64,000 bases of DNA, from positions 22,608 to 86,607 of the forward strand of contig CATJBQ010000110.1 in assembly GCA_949738465.1 (NCBI GenBank). Reading direction: 5' to 3'. The position numbers and the translations under genes were made by a program. The DNA comes from an uncultured Lachnospiraceae bacterium. GTDB taxonomy: Bacteria > Bacillota > Clostridia > Lachnospirales > Lachnospiraceae. Positions 19,487-29,171 of this stretch are shown piece after piece. Under the pieces are notes generated by a model, which worked only from the letters and a program-made list of their open reading frames with translations, ran no database searches and was not told the DNA's origin. Numbering within the stretch: the stretch's first letter is position 1; each line of letters opens with the position of its first letter.

Positions 19487-19589
19487 GGGCCGGGATTTCC
19501 GGAAACCATCGCAGAAATCAGGAAATCATGAGCCGGAAAATTTTTCTTGTATTTTTCTGAAAAAAGCGATATACTTAGGAAAACAATTG

Positions 19590-19741
19590 AACAGCGGGGA
19601 GCTTGAGGGCATGGATGCCCGGACAGGCTGAGAGGAAGGTAGGACCTTCGACCCGGGAACCTGATTTGGATAATGCCAACGTAGGGATGCTTGAGAGCAG
19701 TGTATGAAGCGGAAGTTGCCAGATCGGCAGCTTCTTTTTTT
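19590..19741 (+). promoter_or_regulatory. TPP (THI-box) riboswitch with a terminator expression platform
   Basis: Conserved elements ggggagc...ctgagag...aacctgatttggataatgccaacgtaggga are present, followed by the stem gaagttgcc/ggcagcttc and a T8 run (19711-19741). A TTGTAT-17-TATACT promoter lies at 19547-19575. Confidence 0.85.
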
Positions 19742-19882
19742 CGTAGCAACACCTGGTTCGTAGCAACACCTGGCTACTAATCTCAGCCGTCGCTGCGCTC
19801 GGCTTCGCTAAGGGCCAGGTATGCATCGCACGTAAGCGACCAGAATACGGTCGCTAAGTGCTCGTAGCAAAGGAGGAAAAAT

Positions 19883-20704
19883 ATGCTTGGAATTTGTCTG
19901 GAAAATGTGAGAAAATCGACGCCGCTGGTACATAATATCACCAATTATGTCACGGTAAACGATGTGGCCAATGTGTTGCTGGCCTGTGGGGGGAGTCCCA
20001 TTATGTCGGATGAGCCGGAGGAGGTGGAGGATATTACCGCCATCTGCAGCGGGCTTAACATTAACATCGGAACGCTGCATCAGCGCAGCATCGAAGGGAT
20101 GTTCCGCGCGGGGAGGCGGGCAAATGAGCTGGGACATGTCGTCCTGCTGGATCCGGTGGGGGCCGGGGCCAGCGCCCTTCGGACCCGCACGGCGCGAAAG
20201 CTGATGGAGGAGATACGTTTTGATGTGATCCGTGGAAATGTTTCCGAGATTAAAGCATTGGCGCTGGGAAGCGGGACCACCAGAGGGGTGGATGCGGACG
20301 CTGCCGACACGGTGACGGAGGAAAACCTGGAGGCAATGGTGGAGTTTGCCAAGTCATTTGCGGCCAGTACCGGGGCCATCGCGGCGATTACCGGGGCCAT
20401 CGACCTGGTGGCGGACGATGAATTGTGTTTTGTGATCCGTAATGGCCATCCCGGGATGAGCAGGATTACCGGAACCGGCTGCCAGCTTTCGGGAATGACG
20501 GTAGCCTTCCTGGCGGCAAATCCGGAAAATAAGACGGAGGCGGTGGCTGCCGCTGTCTGCGCCATGGGACTTGCCGGAGAGATCGGCTTTGCAAGCCTGA
20601 GGGCGGGGGAAGGAAATGCCACCTGCCGGAACCGTATCATTGACGCCATCGACCAGATGGACGCAGAAGTCCTGGAGAAAGGAGCAAAATATGAGGTGCG
20701 ATAG
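19883..20704 (+). CDS. thiM: hydroxyethylthiazole kinase
   Basis: Contains PLVHNITNYVTVNDVANVLLACGGSPIMS...VLDPVGAGAS...IRGN.SEI, the ThiM pattern, in a thi operon behind a TPP riboswitch. Confidence 0.9.
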   Translation: MLGICLENVRKSTPLVHNITNYVTVNDVANVLLACGGSPIMSDEPEEVEDITAICSGLNINIGTLHQRSIEGMFRAGRRANELGHVVLLDPVGAGASALRTRTARKLMEEIRFDVIRGNVSEIKALALGSGTTRGVDADAADTVTEENLEAMVEFAKSFAASTGAIAAITGAIDLVADDELCFVIRNGHPGMSRITGTGCQLSGMTVAFLAANPENKTEAVAAAVCAMGLAGEIGFASLRAGEGNATCRNRIIDAIDQMDAEVLEKGAKYEVR

Positions 20705-21338
20705 GGAGAAGCTTCTCCTCTATGCCGTGACGGACCGTAGCTGGCTTGGTGAACAGACGCTCAGCCAGCAGGTGGAGGAGGCCCTTAAGGGGGGCGCAAC
20801 CATGATCCAGCTACGGGAGAAGGCTTTGGAGGAGGAACAGTTTTTTCAGGAGGCCCTGGAGATTCGGGCGCTATGTCACCGCTATCAAGTCCCGTTTATC
20901 ATCAATGATAACGTGGCACTTGCCCGGCAGGTGGGAGCGGACGGCATCCATGTGGGGCAGAGCGACATGGATGCGGCAGAGGTGCGCAGGATTCTGGGTG
21001 CGGACAAGATCCTTGGTGTGTCGGCCCAGACAGTAGAGCAGGCCCTTAAGGCCCAGGCGCAGGGAGCAGATTATCTGGGGGTGGGAGCGGTGTTTCCCAC
21101 CGGCTCCAAGGCCGATGCAGAGGAGGTAAGCGATGAGACCCTTAAGGCCATCTGCGGAGCAGTCCGGATTCCGGCGGCAGCCATTGGCGGGATAAATGCC
21201 CGGAATGTGGGGAAGCTTTCGGGCAGCGGAATCTGTGGCATTGCCGTGATCAGCGCTATTTTTGGAGCAGACGATATACAGAGGGCGGCCAGAGAGCTAA
21301 AGGAGCTGGCCCGCCGGACCTTGGGAGGAAATGTATGA
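20691..21338 (+). CDS. thiE: thiamine-phosphate synthase
   Basis: Contains LLLYAVTDRS...GATMIQLREK...FIINDNVALA..VGADGIHVGQSD...YLGVGAVFPTGSK. The ATG at 20691 has an AAAGGAG SD and overlaps the thiM end. Confidence 0.9.
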   Translation: MRCDREKLLLYAVTDRSWLGEQTLSQQVEEALKGGATMIQLREKALEEEQFFQEALEIRALCHRYQVPFIINDNVALARQVGADGIHVGQSDMDAAEVRRILGADKILGVSAQTVEQALKAQAQGADYLGVGAVFPTGSKADAEEVSDETLKAICGAVRIPAAAIGGINARNVGKLSGSGICGIAVISAIFGADDIQRAARELKELARRTLGGNV

Positions 21339-22138
21339 GAAGGGCTTTAACCATTGCGGGAAGCGACTCCAGCGGAGGCGCAGGCATCCAGGCGGATCTG
21401 AAAACCATGCTGATGAACGGCGTCTATGGCATGAGCGCCATCACAGCCCTGACCGCCCAGAATACCACCGGTGTCCGGGCAGTTTTTGAGGTATCGCCGG
21501 AGTTTCTGGGCCAGGAGCTGGATGCCGTGTTTGAAGATATCTATCCCCAGGCGGTAAAGGTGGGGATGGTGTCTTCGGGAACGCTGATTGAGGTGATTGC
21601 GGAGCGGCTGAACTTTTACAGGGCAAAAAATATTGTGGTGGATCCTGTGATGGCGGCCGCCAGCGGTTCTTCGCTGCTGAAGCAGGATGCGGCCCAGGTG
21701 CTTTGCGAGAAGCTGCTGCCCTTGTCCAGTCTGATCACACCCAATATTCCGGAGGCAGAATACCTGGCGGGGATCCTGATCAGAAGCCGGAAGGATATGG
21801 AGGCGGCGGCAAAACGGCTGGGGAATCTGCACAGAACATCAGTTTTGCTGAAGGGTGGCCATAATGTGGGCGATGCGGCGGATCTTTTGTACGCAAATGG
21901 CGGATTCCACTGGTTTGAGGGGCAGCGGATTGACAATCCCAATACTCATGGTACCGGTTGTACCTTGTCTTCTGCCATTGCGGCCAATCTGGCGAAGGGC
22001 TTTGATCTGGACCAGTCGGTGCGCAGGGCCAAGGAATACATATCCGGGGCCCTTGAGGCGATGCTCGATTTGGGGAAGGGGAGCGGGCCCATGGCCCATG
22101 GATTTTATCTGGAGGGGTATTTTATGGAAGGACCGTAG
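21335..22138 (+). CDS. thiD: hydroxymethylpyrimidine/phosphomethylpyrimidine kinase
   Basis: Contains ALTIAGSDSSGGAGIQADLKT...VKVGM...VVDPVM...HGTGCTLSSAIAANLA. ATGA overlap with thiE. Confidence 0.9.
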   Translation: MRRALTIAGSDSSGGAGIQADLKTMLMNGVYGMSAITALTAQNTTGVRAVFEVSPEFLGQELDAVFEDIYPQAVKVGMVSSGTLIEVIAERLNFYRAKNIVVDPVMAAASGSSLLKQDAAQVLCEKLLPLSSLITPNIPEAEYLAGILIRSRKDMEAAAKRLGNLHRTSVLLKGGHNVGDAADLLYANGGFHWFEGQRIDNPNTHGTGCTLSSAIAANLAKGFDLDQSVRRAKEYISGALEAMLDLGKGSGPMAHGFYLEGYFMEGP

Positions 22139-22200
22139 ATCTGGATGGATATTGAAAACAAGAAAGGACTTATTATAAAAAGCAGTACAAGGAGGATTCT

Positions 22201-23505
22201 ATGAGAGATTATACGACACAGATGGATGCAGCCAGACGCGGGATCATTACACCGGAAATGGAGATAGTTGCCAGGAAGGAGTACCGGACCGGGGAGGAGA
22301 TCCGGGATCTGGTGGCAAAGGGGCAGGTCGCGATCTGCGCCAACCGGAACCATACCTGCATCGAGCCAAACGGCGTGGGTTCTATGCTGCGCACCAAGAT
22401 CAACGTGAATCTTGGCGTTTCCAGGGACTGTAAGGATTACGACGTGGAGATGCGCAAGGTGATGGCGGCAGTGGATCTGGGAGCGGAGGCCATCATGGAC
22501 CTTTCGTCCCATGGAAATACGGAGCCTTTCCGCAAAAAGCTCACCAGCGAATGCCCGGCGATGATCGGAACGGTTCCGGTTTATGACAGTGTGATCCATT
22601 ATCAGCGCGATCTGGCAACCCTCACGGCACAGGATTTTATTGACGTGGTCCGCCTTCATGCGGAAAACGGCGTTGATTTTGTTACCCTTCACTGCGGCAT
22701 TACCCGTAAGACCATAGAGCAGATCCGGCAGCATAAGCGGAAGATGAACATTGTATCCCGGGGCGGTTCCCTGGTGTTTGCCTGGATGAGCATGACCGGG
22801 GAGGAAAATCCCTTTTATGAATATTTTGATGAGATTCTCGACGTCTGCCGGGAGTATGATGTGACCATCTCTCTGGGGGACGCCTGTCGTCCCGGATGTC
22901 TGGCCGATGCCGGCGATGTGTGCCAGATCGAAGAACTGGTCCGTCTTGGAGAATTGACCAGACGTGCCTGGGCAAGAGACGTTCAGGTGATGGTGGAGGG
23001 GCCCGGCCATATGTCTCTGGATCAGATCGAGGCCAATATGAAGCTGCAGCAGACCATCTGCCTGGGGGCGCCCTTTTATGTGCTGGGGCCCATCGTGACG
23101 GACATTGCGCCAGGCTACGACCATATTACCGCAGCCATCGGCGGCGCAGTGGCGGCCTCTGCGGGCGCTGCCTTTCTCTGCTACGTGACGCCGGCTGAGC
23201 ATTTGGCCCTGCCTAATGTGGAGGATGTGAAGCAGGGGATCCTTGCGGCGAAGATTGCGGCCCATGCGGCGGATATCGCCAAGAAGGTGCCCCATGCACG
23301 GGATCTGGATGACGCCATGGCTGACGCCAGGCGTACCTTTGACTGGGACAAACAGTGGGAGTGCGCCATCGATCCGGAGACGCCAAAGGGGATCCGGTCT
23401 GCCCGCATGCCCCAGCAGGAGGATAGCTGTTCCATGTGCGGGAAGTTCTGCGCGGTGCGGAGTATGAATAAGGCGCTGAAGGGGGAGTATATTGATATTT
23501 TGTGA
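22201..23505 (+). CDS. thiC: phosphomethylpyrimidine synthase (radical SAM)
   Basis: Contains TQMDAARRGIITPEM...IGTVPVY...VDFVTLHCG...GIVSRGG... and the C-terminal CSMCGKFC cluster motif. Confidence 0.95.
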   Translation: MRDYTTQMDAARRGIITPEMEIVARKEYRTGEEIRDLVAKGQVAICANRNHTCIEPNGVGSMLRTKINVNLGVSRDCKDYDVEMRKVMAAVDLGAEAIMDLSSHGNTEPFRKKLTSECPAMIGTVPVYDSVIHYQRDLATLTAQDFIDVVRLHAENGVDFVTLHCGITRKTIEQIRQHKRKMNIVSRGGSLVFAWMSMTGEENPFYEYFDEILDVCREYDVTISLGDACRPGCLADAGDVCQIEELVRLGELTRRAWARDVQVMVEGPGHMSLDQIEANMKLQQTICLGAPFYVLGPIVTDIAPGYDHITAAIGGAVAASAGAAFLCYVTPAEHLALPNVEDVKQGILAAKIAAHAADIAKKVPHARDLDDAMADARRTFDWDKQWECAIDPETPKGIRSARMPQQEDSCSMCGKFCAVRSMNKALKGEYIDIL

Positions 23506-23703
23506 AAAATAATTTTCTCCGGTATGGGGTAATCTGGATTTGTAGATAAAACATGAGGCGCATATAAAAAAATGCGCCTCGTGACATATAAATTATATGT
23601 TCTCTTTTTCGATAAATTTTTTATATAGAAAGTTTTCTGAAATAGTTATTTACACCCTGATAAAAACATTATATAATATGTATATTAAACGGAGGAAAAT
23701 GCA

Positions 23704-23895
23704 ATGGCAAATAAAAATAATTGTGGCAGACCGGCAGGTCGTAGAAAGACGGCGAAAATAGAAATTTTAATTGAACCTGCAGTAAAGGATGAATTTATGA
23801 CATTATTGCATAGTGAAGGAAAAACTGCCTCAGTGGAAATTGGATTATGGATAAGAAACTATATAAAGAATAACAGGCTTAAGGAGGAAGAATAG
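23704..23895 (+). CDS. small ribbon-helix-helix-like protein, possible controller of the R-M island
   Basis: 63 aa, with GRPAGRRKTAKIEILIEPAVKDEFMTLLHSEGKTASVEIGLWIRNYI resembling a CopG/Arc-type strand-helix-helix. GGAGGA SD. A TTTACA-17-TATAAT promoter lies at 23649-23677. First gene of the low-GC island. Confidence 0.45.
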   Translation: MANKNNCGRPAGRRKTAKIEILIEPAVKDEFMTLLHSEGKTASVEIGLWIRNYIKNNRLKEEE

Positions 23896-24340
23896 ATGAG
23901 GGTAGTATCATTCTTCAGCGGGCTCGGAGGTCTTGATAAGGGGTTTGCAGATACAGGTTACGATATCATATGGGCAAATGATTTTGATAAATTTGCGGTG
24001 GAGACATATAAGGCAAATTTTGGCGATTGTATTGTGCTGGGCGATATAAATGAAATTCCCATAGAGGAAATACCGGATTGTGACGTATTAATTGGGGGTT
24101 TCCCGTGCCAGCCATTTAGCATGATGGGACAATAAAAAGGATTTGAAGAATGGAAGGGTGAGAAGACTTACACCGAGAGAGTGTGCAAGATTGCAGGGAT
24201 TTGAAGATTCTTTTGTGATACCGGTATCTGACTGCCAGGCATATAAGCAGTTTGGAAATGCAGTTACAGTAAATGTATCAAAAGCGGTTGCCCAATCTGT
24301 AAAAGACACATTAGAAGAACTTGGAGAGTGGGTAGATTAA
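23896..24340 (+). pseudogene. DNA (cytosine-5)-methyltransferase remnant with an internal deletion, a nonsense codon and a frame change
   Basis: The first piece carries motif I FSGLGGLDKGF and motif IV GGFPCQPFS, then TAA at 24133. A second frame (24143-24340) carries motifs [21 protein letters not shown]...[10 protein letters not shown]. Motifs V-VIII and the target-recognition domain are absent. Confidence 0.75.
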
Positions 24341-24341
24341 C

Positions 24342-25232
24342 ATGGAATATAAAAATGACAAAAGTGAATTTATAGCATTTGCAGAAGCAGGACTGGGTGC
24401 GGAAAAATGTGCATCCATAGAGGTATGTCTGGAACGTGTTACAAGAGATATAGACGAGGATTTCCTTAGAGCAAGAGCTGAATTATATAGAACGGACGTG
24501 AAAAATGATGACAGGCTTATGGAGGCATTCAGGAAAGTATCTTTCATATGCAATGAAACAAGGCGGAATTGTTCTATATGTCCGGTGTGCAAGTACTGTA
24601 ACACTTACATCGGAAATGCCAGAAAGAGTATAAACGATACTTCATTGAAGATGATTGATTTATTCTGTGGAGCAGGAGGATTATCGCTGGGATTTTCCCA
24701 GGAGGGATTTATAACGAGTTTTGCAAATGATATCCAGGATTGTTGTGTAGATACATATGCACACAATCATCCGGAGACTCCAAGAGATCATATTGTACTG
24801 GGAGATATCAAAGATGTGGTTAAAAATCTGGAGGAGTTATTAAGAGGAAGAAGTGTTGATATCGTAATTGGAGGACCGCCCTGTCAGGGGTTTAGTATGG
24901 CCAACAGACAGCGCTTAATCGACGATCCGAGGAATTATCTGTATAAAAGCTATCTGGAAGTTGTGGAAAAAGTGCATCCCGGGTTTTTTGTGATGGAAAA
25001 TGTGAAAGGAATGTTATCTGTAGCGGAGCAGGTAAAAGAGTATTTTCGTAATATTGGTTACTCTGTAGAATGTCATGTGCTGAATGCCAAGGATTTTGGT
25101 GTGCCTCAAAACAGAGAGAGACTGATCTATATTGGCAATTGTACCGGTGTTGATAATGAACAGATTTTTAAGGAGATATTTGCATTAAGTGAAAGTATTC
25201 CGGAATATAATTTAGGCATTGTATGGCCTTAG
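24342..25232 (+). pseudogene. second DNA (cytosine-5)-methyltransferase, lacking the target-recognition domain and motifs IX-X
   Basis: A ~100-aa Cys-rich N-terminal extension is followed by motif I LFCGAGGLSLGF, IV GGPPCQGFSMANR, VI FVMENVKGM and VIII FGVPQNRERLIYIG. The ORF stops ~35 aa later. Confidence 0.75.
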
Positions 25233-26854
25233 AGCCCTGGAGGCTTCCAGAATTAGATGAGTCCGGTGATGATAAATTGAAATATATATTTACACCGGGA
25301 CCATTTACTAAAATGCTGAAGAAAGCAGTAAATGATCCATATAATTACTATTATCTTGTGATTGAAGAATTGAATCGTGGTAATGCTCCGGCTATTTTCG
25401 GTGAAATATTCCAATTGCTTGACCGGAAAGAGGAAGACGAATTTCCAACGGAAGAGGTTGGTGAAAGTGAATATGCTATTTCAAATTATGAAATTTCCAA
25501 AGAAGTTTATGAAGATATAAAGCATCCGGTAAGGATACCTTCAAATATGTATATTCTGGCGACAATGAATACAGCAGATCAGAATGTATTTACTTTGGAC
25601 ACGGCATTCCAAAGAAGATGGAATATGAGACAGATAGAAAACCGGTTTGATAAGTCAGAGCATTCAAAAGATATAATTGCAGGGACCAAAGTAAATTGGG
25701 GTGCGTTTGCCACTGTTATTAACGATATGGTGATTGAAATTAATGTAGATATGGCAAGTTCTGAGGATAAGCGTCTTGGAACATATTTTGTAAAGAAGAA
25801 GGAATTGGAAGCAGACAGATTTCCGGAAAAAGTGCTTAAGTACCTATGGGATGATGCCTTTAAGATGGACAAGACAGCAATATTTAATGATAATTGTAAA
25901 TCCTTGGAAGATGTTGTGCTTACTTATGAAACGGCAACGACGGATAAGCTGGCTACGGTATTGAGATTAAGCGTATATGAAAATTTCCCCATGGGTTATC
26001 ATATATCGGAAGATGATAAGGAGCTGCGAAAAGATATTATATTACTGTTTGCAACGCTTGCTGCAAATACAGAGCGCAGGGAATCGGAACTGCTGGTACA
26101 GGGCAGAAGTTTTGATGAAGTTGAATTTCCACTGCAATCATATATGTATCTTATAAAGGATTTTTATGAGAGAGGGTATTACAGGGAACAGGAAATTTCT
26201 TATAAGGCTGCAAAAACGGGTAAGATAAACTGGAGCAGGACGATAAAAACGCAAAAACCGTATGTACAGGATATGGATGTATTTTACCTTGATTTTGTCA
26301 TTAAGAAAAATAGTATAAAGGAAAATGAACTGATCACATTAATACATGAGTATTGTGTCTATGAGAGTTTTGAATGTATAGGCTGGCTTTTTACAAAAAT
26401 GAAGCTGAAGAAACCACGGATAGCCAGAAGGGAAAGGGTTTTCCGGTCAGTTCTTAGAGAAAAAATGGCAAATACCTGTAATGACAGAAACAGAATGCTG
26501 TTCAGGCATATGTTAGCAATCATTGATTTCGAAGGTGATAATGACACTGATAGGAATTACCGGTATGGAACATACCGCTTTGAGTATGTTTGGGAAAAAA
26601 TGATTGATAAAGTGTTTGGTATACCAGATAAAGCTGATTATTTTCCAAAGACAGCCTGGTATTTGAATGGAGATAGATATGACAATGCTTCACTGGAACC
26701 GGATACGATTATGTTATACGGAAGTAATATATATATTCTTGATGCAAAATACTATAAATACGGAGTAACAGGTAAAGCGTGTGATTTACCAGAATCTGTA
26801 TCTCTTAATAAACAGATTACATATGGAGAATATGTGGCTCATGAAGAAAATTGA
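25223..26854 (+). pseudogene. chimeric ORF: McrB-like AAA+ fragment (no Walker A) fused to an LlaJI-R2/McrC-like PD-(D/E)xK endonuclease fragment
   Basis: The N-terminal part has only the Walker B/sensor region YYLVIEELNRGNAPAIFGEIFQLLDR...ILATMNTADQNVFTLDTAFQRRW. The C-terminal part (...YERGYYREQE...EPDTIMLYGSNIYILDAKYYKYG...LNKQITYGEY) resembles LlaJI-type endonucleases and ends abruptly before vsr. Confidence 0.6.
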
Positions 26855-26877
26855 AAGCTGATTGCGGAGGTGATTTT

Positions 26878-27318
26878 GTGGCAGATGTTTTAACAAAAGA
26901 ACAGCGACATAAAAATATGAAAAATATTCGTGGAAAAGATACAAAGATTGAAATTATTTTAAGAAGGGCTTTATGGAAGAAAGGATACCGGTATCGTAAG
27001 AATTATAAGAAGCTGCCGGGGAGGCCGGACATTGCGCTGACAAAGTATAAGATAGCCATTTTTTGTGATGGTGAATTTTTTCATGGTAAAGATTGGGAGG
27101 TATTGCAACCCAGACTGGAAAAAAGTGATAACGGTGAGTTCTGGATCAGTAAGATATCCCGGAACAGGGAGCGGGACAATGAAATCAATAAAAGATTGCT
27201 ATATGAGGGCTGGACAGTTGTCCGGTTTTGGGGTGATGATATAAAGAAGCATACAGATGAGTGTGTTAAAGTTGTGGAAGAAGCGATATTAGATGCGCTT
27301 TTGATGGACATGGATTGA
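26878..27318 (+). CDS. vsr: very-short-patch repair endonuclease
   Basis: Reads VADVLTKEQRHKNMKNIRGKDTKIEIILRRALWKKGYRYRKNYKKLPGRPDIALTKYKIAIFCDGEFFHG.... GTG at 26878 is preceded by GGAGGTG. Apparently full length. Confidence 0.85.
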   Translation: MADVLTKEQRHKNMKNIRGKDTKIEIILRRALWKKGYRYRKNYKKLPGRPDIALTKYKIAIFCDGEFFHGKDWEVLQPRLEKSDNGEFWISKISRNRERDNEINKRLLYEGWTVVRFWGDDIKKHTDECVKVVEEAILDALLMDMD

Positions 27319-27331
27319 TTAAGGAGCCCCC

Positions 27332-28240
27332 ATGAAAATAGAACGGTTAATTGGCATCTTAGCCATACTTCTCCAACAGGAAAAAACAACCGCGCCCAAG
27401 CTGGCAGCGCGCTTTGAGGTGTCCCGCCGGACCATCAACCGGGATATCGACGCCCTATGCATGGCAGGGATCCCCCTGGTGACGGAACCCGGGAAAAATG
27501 GCGGCGTTTCCATTATGGAAGGATATAAGATCGACCGTACGCTGCTGAGCACATCGGACCTGCAGGCGATCCTTGCGGGGCTTCGCAGTTTAGACAGCGT
27601 AAGCGGCACGAACCGTTATGCCCAACTGATGGAAAAGCTGTCGGCGGGGGCTTCTAATCTGCTGACCGGGGATCCCCATATTCTCATCGACCTTTCCTCC
27701 TGGTATAAAGAGTCCCTGTCCCCCAAAATTGAGCTGCTGCACGGCGCCATCCTTACCGGACGCAGGGTCGCGTTCCGCTATTTTGCGCCTAAAGGGGAAT
27801 CCCGGCGTGTGATCGAGCCCTATGATCTGATTTTTCAATGGTCCAGTTGGTATGTGTGGGGCTGGTGTGAAAGCCGGGAGGCATTCCGTCTGTTTAAGCT
27901 GGGGAGGATGACGGAGCTTCAGACGGGGGAGCCTTTTAAAAAGCGCCCGGCGCCCCTTCCGGATCTGAATCCGGAACGGGTGTTCCCCTGGGCGTACCAG
28001 GTAAAGGCAATAATCCAGCCGGAATATAAATGGCGCCTGGTGGAGGAATACGGCCCGGAAAGCTTTACCGTCCAGCCGGACGGCACCCTGCTTTTCTCCT
28101 TTGGCTTCGTAGACAAAACCAGCATTGTGGGCTGGATCGCTTCCTTCGGGGACGGCGCGGAGCTTTTGGCGCCGGCGGAGTTCCGGCAGGATATTCTGGA
28201 ATTTGCGGAGGGGATCCGGAAAAAATATTTGAAATCATGA
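27332..28240 (+). CDS. YafY-family transcriptional regulator (HTH + WYL domain)
   Basis: The N-terminal HTH reads ERLIGILAILLQQEKTTAPKLAARFEVSRRTINRDIDAL. The central WYL-type segment reads VAFRYFAPKGESRRVIEPYDLIFQWSSWYVWGWC. Confidence 0.85.
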   Translation: MKIERLIGILAILLQQEKTTAPKLAARFEVSRRTINRDIDALCMAGIPLVTEPGKNGGVSIMEGYKIDRTLLSTSDLQAILAGLRSLDSVSGTNRYAQLMEKLSAGASNLLTGDPHILIDLSSWYKESLSPKIELLHGAILTGRRVAFRYFAPKGESRRVIEPYDLIFQWSSWYVWGWCESREAFRLFKLGRMTELQTGEPFKKRPAPLPDLNPERVFPWAYQVKAIIQPEYKWRLVEEYGPESFTVQPDGTLLFSFGFVDKTSIVGWIASFGDGAELLAPAEFRQDILEFAEGIRKKYLKS

Positions 28241-28372
28241 CATACAGGTGTCGTGTTTCTTATGATAGAATGCAGATAGGCTGCCGGACAGATGGGAATT
28301 TGCCAATACCAGTTTAGCATATTCCCATCTGCCCGCAGCCCATCAACCATCAAAAGAAAGGAAGGTTTCAGG

Positions 28373-28831
28373 ATGAAGTATGAAATTGTAACTTTGGAGG
28401 AAAAAATTGCGGTGGGGGTAGCGGCAAGAACCAATAACTCGGCTCCGGATATGGGGGCAGTGATCGGCGGGCTGTGGAACCGGTTTTACAACGAGGGAAT
28501 CTATGCGTCGATTCCGGACAAGGCAGGGGAAAAAGCGCTGGGGATTTATACGGATTTTGCCGGGGACGCCAGCGCGGATTATACGGCGATGGCAGCCTGC
28601 ATAGCAGCAAAGGAGCCCCAGGAGGGAGCCTATGACGTGTGCCGGATCCCGGCCGGGCGGTATGCGAAATTTGTAATCCACGGCGATATGGTACAGGCGG
28701 TGGCCGCGGCGTGGCAGGAGATCTGGCAGATGGATCTGCCAAGGGCGTACCGATGCGATTTTGAGGAATATCAGGATGATTGCATGGAGGACGCCGAAAT
28801 CCACATTTATGTGGGATTAAAAGACGAATAG
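28373..28831 (+). CDS. GyrI-like small-molecule-binding domain protein
   Basis: 152 aa: MKYEIVTLEEKIAVGVAARTNN...IPAGRYAKFVIHGDMVQAVAAAWQEIWQ...FEEY, the AraC-E-bind/GyrI-like pattern. Confidence 0.8.
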   Translation: MKYEIVTLEEKIAVGVAARTNNSAPDMGAVIGGLWNRFYNEGIYASIPDKAGEKALGIYTDFAGDASADYTAMAACIAAKEPQEGAYDVCRIPAGRYAKFVIHGDMVQAVAAAWQEIWQMDLPRAYRCDFEEYQDDCMEDAEIHIYVGLKDE

Positions 28832-28841
28832 AGGGAAGAAA

Positions 28842-29171
28842 ATGGCATCAGGAATCGAATTTGTAACGTTTGTGGCAGACTAGTTACGGGAGGCCGGAAC
28901 CATTACGTACCGGAAAATGTTTGGCGAATACGGTATTTATTGCGACGGGAAGATTTTCGGCTTGATCTGCGACGACCAGTTGTTTGTGAAAATCACGGAA
29001 GCGGGGCAGAAGATCTGCCCGGATTTACCCGGGAAGCCGCCCTATGAGGGGGCAAAAAATTACTTTCTGGTGGAGGATGTGGAGGACCGCCGGACGCTGA
29101 CAAAGCTGGTGGCCGCCACCTGCAGGGAGCTGCCTGCGCCCAAACCGAAGAAGAAAATGGAGACAACGTAG
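28842..29171 (+). pseudogene. TfoX N-terminal-domain protein interrupted by an in-frame TAG at codon 14
   Basis: ATG 28842 (GAGGGAAG SD) gives MASGIEFVTFVAD, then TAG (28881-28883), then LREAGTITYRKMFGEYGIYCDGKIFGLICDDQLFVK..., the TfoX_N core. The ORF track only sees the part from M at 28917. Confidence 0.65.

Noticed and set aside
22105-23295. 396-aa ORF on the minus strand.
   Set aside because: It lies entirely antisense to thiC, whose product carries unmistakable ThiC motifs. Its His/Arg/Gly/Pro-rich composition is typical of shadow ORFs in GC-rich coding DNA.
23555-23580. Hairpin gaggcgcat/atgcgcctc after thiC, considered as an intrinsic terminator.
   Set aside because: The A-run sits in the loop and no T-tract follows the stem on the + strand, so it does not fit a canonical terminator. 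It may still mark the boundary of the low-GC island.
28881-28883. The TAG in the TfoX gene read as pyrrolysine, which is tempting because corrinoid methyl-transfer genes are present in the window.
   Set aside because: No pylTSBCD genes and no MttB/MtbB/MtmB-type methyltransferase are visible. TfoX is not a known Pyl protein, and a CAG-to-TAG nonsense change explains the codon.
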